Shown piece after piece: positions 58,046-64,000 of a DNA stretch of 64,000 nucleotides. Each line of letters opens with the position of its first letter. Position 1 is the first letter of the stretch. The position numbers and the translations under genes were made by a program. Location: NCBI GenBank assembly GCA_028534125.1, contig CM052822.1:78244001-78308000 (forward strand). The letters are read 5' to 3'. The notes under the pieces were generated by a model. That model searched no databases and was not told the origin of the DNA. It saw only the letters and a list, made by a program, of their open reading frames with translations. The DNA is from Lama glama. Taxonomy: Eukaryota.

Positions 58046-61000
58046 GCTCATTTCCTCAGTGAACGAAGGCTTTGTGAGGATCCATCCCACTGGACCTTCC
58101 TTTGCAATGTGATCCTACTTTTATTACAGCTCAGTGGCCACCACGTTTTGATAACCTGGCAAAAATTCAGCAGTGAAGGGAGTGGTGAGAGCATTACCAC
58201 GTCACTGAGATTTTTCTGCGAAAGCTGGAGCTTGGTATCACTGTGACCACGGTGTTCTTTTCACACAGTCGATCTGTGACTCTCAGACCAATGGGATGAG
58301 CTGGACACTGAGAGGCCTCTGGTCCCTCAGCCTCTGGCTGGGAAAGTTCTTAAACCAGGCACTCTTTTCATTTCAAGAAAGAATATTCTTCAAAAATCTT
58401 AGAAACACAGTTACGTTTTCTCAAAGGCCAAACTAAATTATACCACCTCTGCAAGAGAGACTTCCAGGACCGAGGAGCTCCACATTCCACGTGAGGGTCA
58501 GCGCTGTGCCTGCAGCTACCCCGGAAGACCGGCGGTCCCCTCCACCGAGGGGGCTGAGAGCAAAACAGTGAAACAGCTGACCCATATCTGCCTTCCTGAG
58601 GTCAACAAACCGGCTAATACATCTAAAACATACAAAAACCTGACTCCAGTCACAGACATGGATGTTTTAAGAACAGTACTTTCCACTCCAGGTCCTTTTG
58701 GTTGAAAGCAGGTGAGTGAAGAGATTTTCTTCTACAAAGAACTGCAACTGCATAAAGGGTCGATTCTGAGTCTCTGCAATAATGCCGAAAGGAAGGTGCT
58801 CCCACAGCCGGAGCCGCCGAGAGCCAGGAGGGGCCTGCAGAGGCGGAAGTGTCAGGGAGGGGCGGCCCCCGGGAGGCCTGGGCAAAGCCGCCAGCCCACG
58901 GCAGCAGCGGACGTCCGGATCCGTGCCCTGCAGAGCACATGCACCAAAGTCCACTGGACAAACGGGCTTTCCTCCCACAGCACCTCAGACCCTGAGTGAG
59001 CCCACACGTTCGTCGTCTTCATACAGTTTCCGGGGAGGAGCTGCAGACGGCGCAGTGACAGGAGAGCCACAGCACGAGTGTGTGCTGATGGCGAACTGAG
59101 AAACTTCCTGCTGTAGTAGGAATTCTGCTCTAGTACAGATGGAACTTACTGGAACAAAATCAGCTAATAAATGTTAAAAAATAAGAAAAAATCTGACAAA
59201 AATCATAGGTAAAATAGGAGATTTTTTTTTAAAAAACAACAATTTCTTTCTAAAAAATAATCATTTTTTTGTTTTAAAAGGAATTTTTCTCTTTGGCTTT
59301 ATTGAACCAGGGGGTTCTTTTATTTCTTTTTTTTAATAATTCAGTTCCACCAAATTAAAAAAAAATCAGTACACCAAATGATTTAATGACCCAACGTCCT
59401 AGAATTCTGTTGGCCCATCTCTTCTCAGGCCCTACATCTACTGCATAAGCAAGGCTTCTCTGAAATTGCCTTTGGGTTTTACGAGTGGTCCATGTCCAAG
59501 TTAATTAACTGACAACACTTCCGGGATGGCACAGCTATGATCTGAAGACCTCAAGTTACTATAATTGCGGCCCCTCTGTCAAATGAAGTGATTCTTCATG
59601 GGTTTCTTAAAGCCACCATCCTCCAGGTGTGGCCCTAGACCAGGCATCACCTGGCAGCTGTTGGCTAAGGAAGATCCCCTCTACTAGAGCGTCACCTGCC
59701 CTGGGTGCACCCCTCCCCAGCCCTAGCTCCACCTGGGAGCCTGAGCACCAGGACTGGGGTGCACATGCAGGGCCCTTGAAGTATCCCTGGGACCCGGCCC
59801 TGCAGCACTGGGCCCTCAGGGTCTGACCTGCAGGCCAAGTGACTGGCTAACTTCACCAGCAATCACGCCCACGCTGTCTGACCCGTTGGGAGGCAGGAGG
59901 TCCTCCTGACACCTTCTCTGCAACTCCAGCCTCCCCCAAGACACCTGAGCCCCTCCACTCACTGTCTGGGCCAGCCGAGCCCTCTATCTGCCCACGGTGG
60001 CTCCCACCACACGATGTGGTGAGTCCCATGCTCACGTTTGGCTCCAGAATTCTCACGTCTGGGCAGCACCTCCACCCCCACCCCCATCACGTCCCCCATT
60101 CTCCAGGCTCCTCCCTGGCCCGCAGCTCCTTCCATACCCAAGATGAACTCCTTGCCTGGATGCCCACACTGCTCGCTTTTCCCAGTCCCACCATCTCTCC
60201 AGCCCCCAGTTTCCCTCGATTCCACAAGCCTCCTGACACCAACTCAACCACAGTCCTCTCCACAATTCTGGAAACATGGTTTGCACTCACTAAAAATTTC
60301 CTTTTGGAAAATTAATACAATGTTCTGGGCCCTGTTTACACCTTCCTTCCAAAAAGCCAACATCTGAAGGAAACTAAATAACTTAATCACAGCCAATCCC
60401 TCTTTCCTCACAATGAAAGCAGAAGCTGTCTCATTACAGACCAATTTACATCCCTAGAGGCCGGAGCAAGCCATTTGTATCTTGCAAGTTTTAACATATC
60501 TGCCCGCTGACACCCCCACTGATGTAGAGGAAGTTATTCTGAGCACGTGGGGTGCTTTCACAAATAATTTCTATGGAAAACAGCAGTCAGACAGTAATAC
60601 AGGCCCAAGGTGACCTCATTACCAGAATTTGTTCTAGCTGTCATTAGACATATCACACCGTGTCACTCAAAATGGGGAAGAAATCAAAGACACTGACATG
60701 CAGCACCAGCGAGCAGAGAGGGGGGGCACTCACACTGGAGAGCCCTCGCTGGAGAGGACCACGTACATATCTAAGACGCAGTCAGTTCTCGGGTCCATCG
60801 CTGTGGTCTCGAAGGCGCCTTCCTTTTTCTATTACTTTTAACTTTTCTTCTGTGTGGGACACAGCTGTGTGTCTTTTGCGAATTGCAAAGCCAGCCTCAC
60901 TCTTGAGCAAAGTCGTGGGAGGTTGACCCGAATACTGAGAACCAGAACCACGAGGCAGGCGCCCCCCAGTTCATGAGGGCAGCGTCCACAACATCCACCC

Positions 61001-62644
61001 CCGTCATCAGAAAGCACCCAGGACGGGGCCCTCTCTGGGGCACATGCAGCTGAAACGTGACCGACTCCAACAATGACAAGAGACAGGCGAGAATACTCAG
61101 ACGCTCGCCCCGCACAGCTGGTGGGGCAGGAGGGAGGGCCGCAATCACACCCTCTCAGGCCTGCGTCTGAGCAGCCTGGGCCGCGCTAGGCTGCAGCCCA
61201 GAGCCACCACATCCGGGGACAGCTGTGGAGGAGGCTGGTGGAGCCACAAACCACTTGGTAAGTTATCATACAATACGCAGCTCCTGCCACAGAGACGCTT
61301 TTCCAATCACCAAGGCCACCCGCCCTTTGGAGCTGAGGCTTTCTAAACACACACAGGTTCTCCCGACAGATGAGTCGTGCTGCCGGTCGTCGCGGATGAG
61401 AAGCTGACGTGGGTTTACACTTCCCGCTGCAGGACCTCAGCCTCATCACCAGCTCCTCCCAAGAGAGCTTCCTCCTCAGCCTCTGCACCACCCTGCGTGG
61501 GGTACACAGTTAGAGGCATCTCCACTCCTGGATACTGACAGTCCCCTTGGGTGCCAGGAGACAGGACGAGTCTGGGCTGGCAGGGCACCTGCCGCCCGTG
61601 GGGGCTCCATCTGCCAAGGACGGACCATGGGGCGTCAGAGGTACGAGGCACCCAGGGACCTGCTGGGGTGGGTGCCCACAAGTGATGCCACCCATGGCCC
61701 CAACCAGGAGGGGTGCCTCCAAGGGGTCCCAGGATGGGCCTGAAAGGCAGCTTCTCCAGAAAGGGCACTTGGGGGAGCCCACGGGTGCCAGCTCCAGCTT
61801 GTCCCCGGCCGGGCACGCAGGAGGCTCAAGATGGGTGTTTAGAGTGAGTGAGTGAACACTGTTCCTTCAGGACCGTCGCCACGCCACCTGAGCTGTGACA
61901 TACAGGGTGTTTCTTCAAGTCTCACTCTTTAATTGAATAAATTAGTATTCCAGGAAAAGTGTCACTCTCGTTGCTACGAGAAGGCAATTTTAAAGATGAG
62001 AACAACAAAAACAAAATACAGTATTATGTTAAATTAAAAAAATAAATGCATCAAGAGGAAGCATCCTGCAAGAAGAGGGTGGTCTGTGCTTATAAGCATC
62101 GGGGTCTGGGGCAGACCTGGCCCCTCTGATGGGGGCGCGGGGTTGGGAGTGCAGCGGGCAGTGGGCCCCTGTGGCCCCTGGGCGTCTGCACAGCGTGGAT
62201 GGAAGCTCAGCCGTCGGTGGGGGGTGGGAGTTGGACACGCCTTCCGCTTCAGGAAGACCTGCTGCCCCCTTGCCCCGCTCATTACAACAGCACTGGTGAA
62301 GCCACGGTTCCCAGGCTGAGGTTTTCCATTCACATTAAATAACGCACAGAAGCTAAAGGCCGCACACAGCTTTCCCCGGAACACCTGTTGAGGTGGGCTC
62401 AGCCCTCAGCCCAGGGTTCGGGGACTCAGGGAGGGTGAACCAAGGGCAGAGGCAGGAGACAGAGGCCAGGCTACACCAGAGCCTGGGACCCCCTGACCAC
62501 GCCCAGTAGTGTCCCTGCGGTTTCCGGGTAATCTGCTCAGATACCACCTGAGTCGAGGCTCTGTTCTACACACACCTAAGTGTTAAGAATGAACACGAAT
62601 ACAAAGACCCTATGACTTCCCCGGAAGGATTAGGAGGTGCCTTC

Positions 62645-62775
62645 TGTATCCCCCACAGGTGTATCCCCCACAGGTGTATCACCCTCACAGGTGTACCACC
62701 CCCACATGTGAATCACCCCCACAGGTGTACCACCCCCACAGGTGTACCTCCCCCACAGGTGTATCACCCCCACAG
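62645..62775. repeat. 17-bp minisatellite (CAGGTGTAYCACCCCCA), ~7.5 copies
   Basis: CAGGTG at 62656, 62671, 62688, 62722, 62739 and 62756, and CATGTG at 62705. Confidence 0.95.
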
Positions 62776-64000
62776 ACACCCCTGAAAGGGGATAAATGGG
62801 TGTTGGCAATTCCCCGCAGAGGAGGGCGGTGGGCTCGGGCATAGGTCCCACCCCGTACTCCCCGATGCCCAGCCCAGACTGGTCACAGCAGGCGGGCTGC
62901 CAGGAGGCCTGCCCTGCACCTCCACTTTCTGACGGCTGGCTCAAACTCATTTTCCCACAATGTATTACAGGCTACTCGAAAGATTTCCATCAAACATAAA
63001 TAAATTCGGATTTCTCTGAAGGGCAGGTTTCCCATATCGGCATACCAGCCCAGGTTAAGATGAAGTCCCAGGACGTGGAGGAAAATAGAGTTTATTCCAG
63101 GTGGTGTTTCTTGACAACATTAAAGAAATATTAATATCTGAGCAGCAGTAGCGTCTCGAAAAGAGACCCACAGCCCATCCCTGCACTTGGCCAGAGCTGA
63201 CACGCTCACCGTGGGTGTCAATTTGCTTTTCCTTTCAGAAAAGTAATTTCCATGATGCATCCACCCAGGACTGGGGCCTTGCGAAGAGAAGGCACAGCAG
63301 GAAACCTCCGAGGCGCCCCGAAACGCCCCAGAAAGACAGGAAAGGCACCATTTTCATCAGCTGATGGCCTGAGACCCAGAAGCTGCCCGGCCAAGAAGCG
63401 TCCCCGCCCCGTCCCCCCACGTGCAGAGGGGAGGGAGTGCAGGAAGCCGCTGCCGGCTCAGGACCAGGGGCCAGGTCATTCCCCTCTGTGGACCAGCACT
63501 GCCCACTCGGGGGTGGAAGGACATGGGGCAAGCAGAAGGGTCTAGAGCCGGAGGGCTGCTCCAGAAAGTGCCCACCGCTGGCGGCGGCTACGCTGAGGCC
63601 CCAGGCCACACGTCACACGTCGCTGTTCGCACAGCTGTCATTTCCCTGCCCGAGGTCACGTGCACGGCTGCGATTCACACAGGGAACGTGATTTGTCCAT
63701 TGTTAGGGTCGCAATATTGCCGAGGAGAGCGTGGGTGCTTCCGTGAAACCAGCAGAACAGCCCTAACACACCAGTGTGGTCTTCATGCTCCTTAAATACC
63801 TGCTGGGGGCACGCCACCCAAAACCTCCTGCTTCTGGAGGGCAGGCACCTCGCAGCTTCGGGGCAGGACGCCTGTTGGGCCCCAGCAGCCAGCTTTCCTG
63901 GGGGGCAATTATAAGCCCCTTGTTTCCTTTCTAACTTATTTCAACAAGTGAAGTTTCCCAAGGTTTCTGTCCTTAGAGCTGACCAAACTCAAACAAGCAG

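Larger units (their letters stand above)
8175..64000 (-). other. PTPRN2: PTPRN2 giant intron upstream of the 65-nt exon (phase 1; intron 11 equivalent), continuing beyond the window
   Basis: I found no copy of the preceding PTPRN2 exon (recalled as [20 protein letters not shown]...) in the window. PTPRN2 is known to have introns over 100 kb on both sides of this exon. Confidence 0.85.

Noticed and set aside
60901-60934. Minus-strand 34-nt exon-like segment (ttctcag...gtgagg)
   Set aside because: Frameshifting length and short pyrimidine tract; at best a cryptic or poison exon with no further support.
1-64000. Hundreds of 60-310 aa ORFs in the six-frame track
   Set aside because: They are Pro/Gly/Arg/Ala-rich, overlap on both strands and show no recognisable domains. 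This is expected in GC-rich DNA with few stop codons, and several simply run through N gaps.

Overview
Mammalian, almost certainly camelid (two Vic-1-like tRNA-derived SINEs), GC- and CpG-rich, subtelomeric-type DNA with four assembly gaps. The whole window lies inside PTPRN2 (phogrin/IA-2beta, a dense-core-vesicle pseudophosphatase), which is transcribed on the minus strand. The only constitutive coding exon is a 65-nt exon at 8110-8174 encoding [22 protein letters not shown]. From memory this is human exon 12, the end of the mature ectodomain just before the transmembrane exon. Everything else is giant intron filled with ancient L1, L2, MIR, MLT, Tigger and hAT relics, two minisatellites and several AT-rich non-repeat islands. 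Nearly all ORFs in the supplied track are spurious or L1-derived. The best novel-looking signal is a frame-preserving 24-nt microexon candidate at 22112-22135 with SRRM3/SRRM4-type architecture, which would insert DPIGFLFS into the phogrin ectodomain. Repeat family names come from recalled consensus sequences, and their boundaries are approximate.
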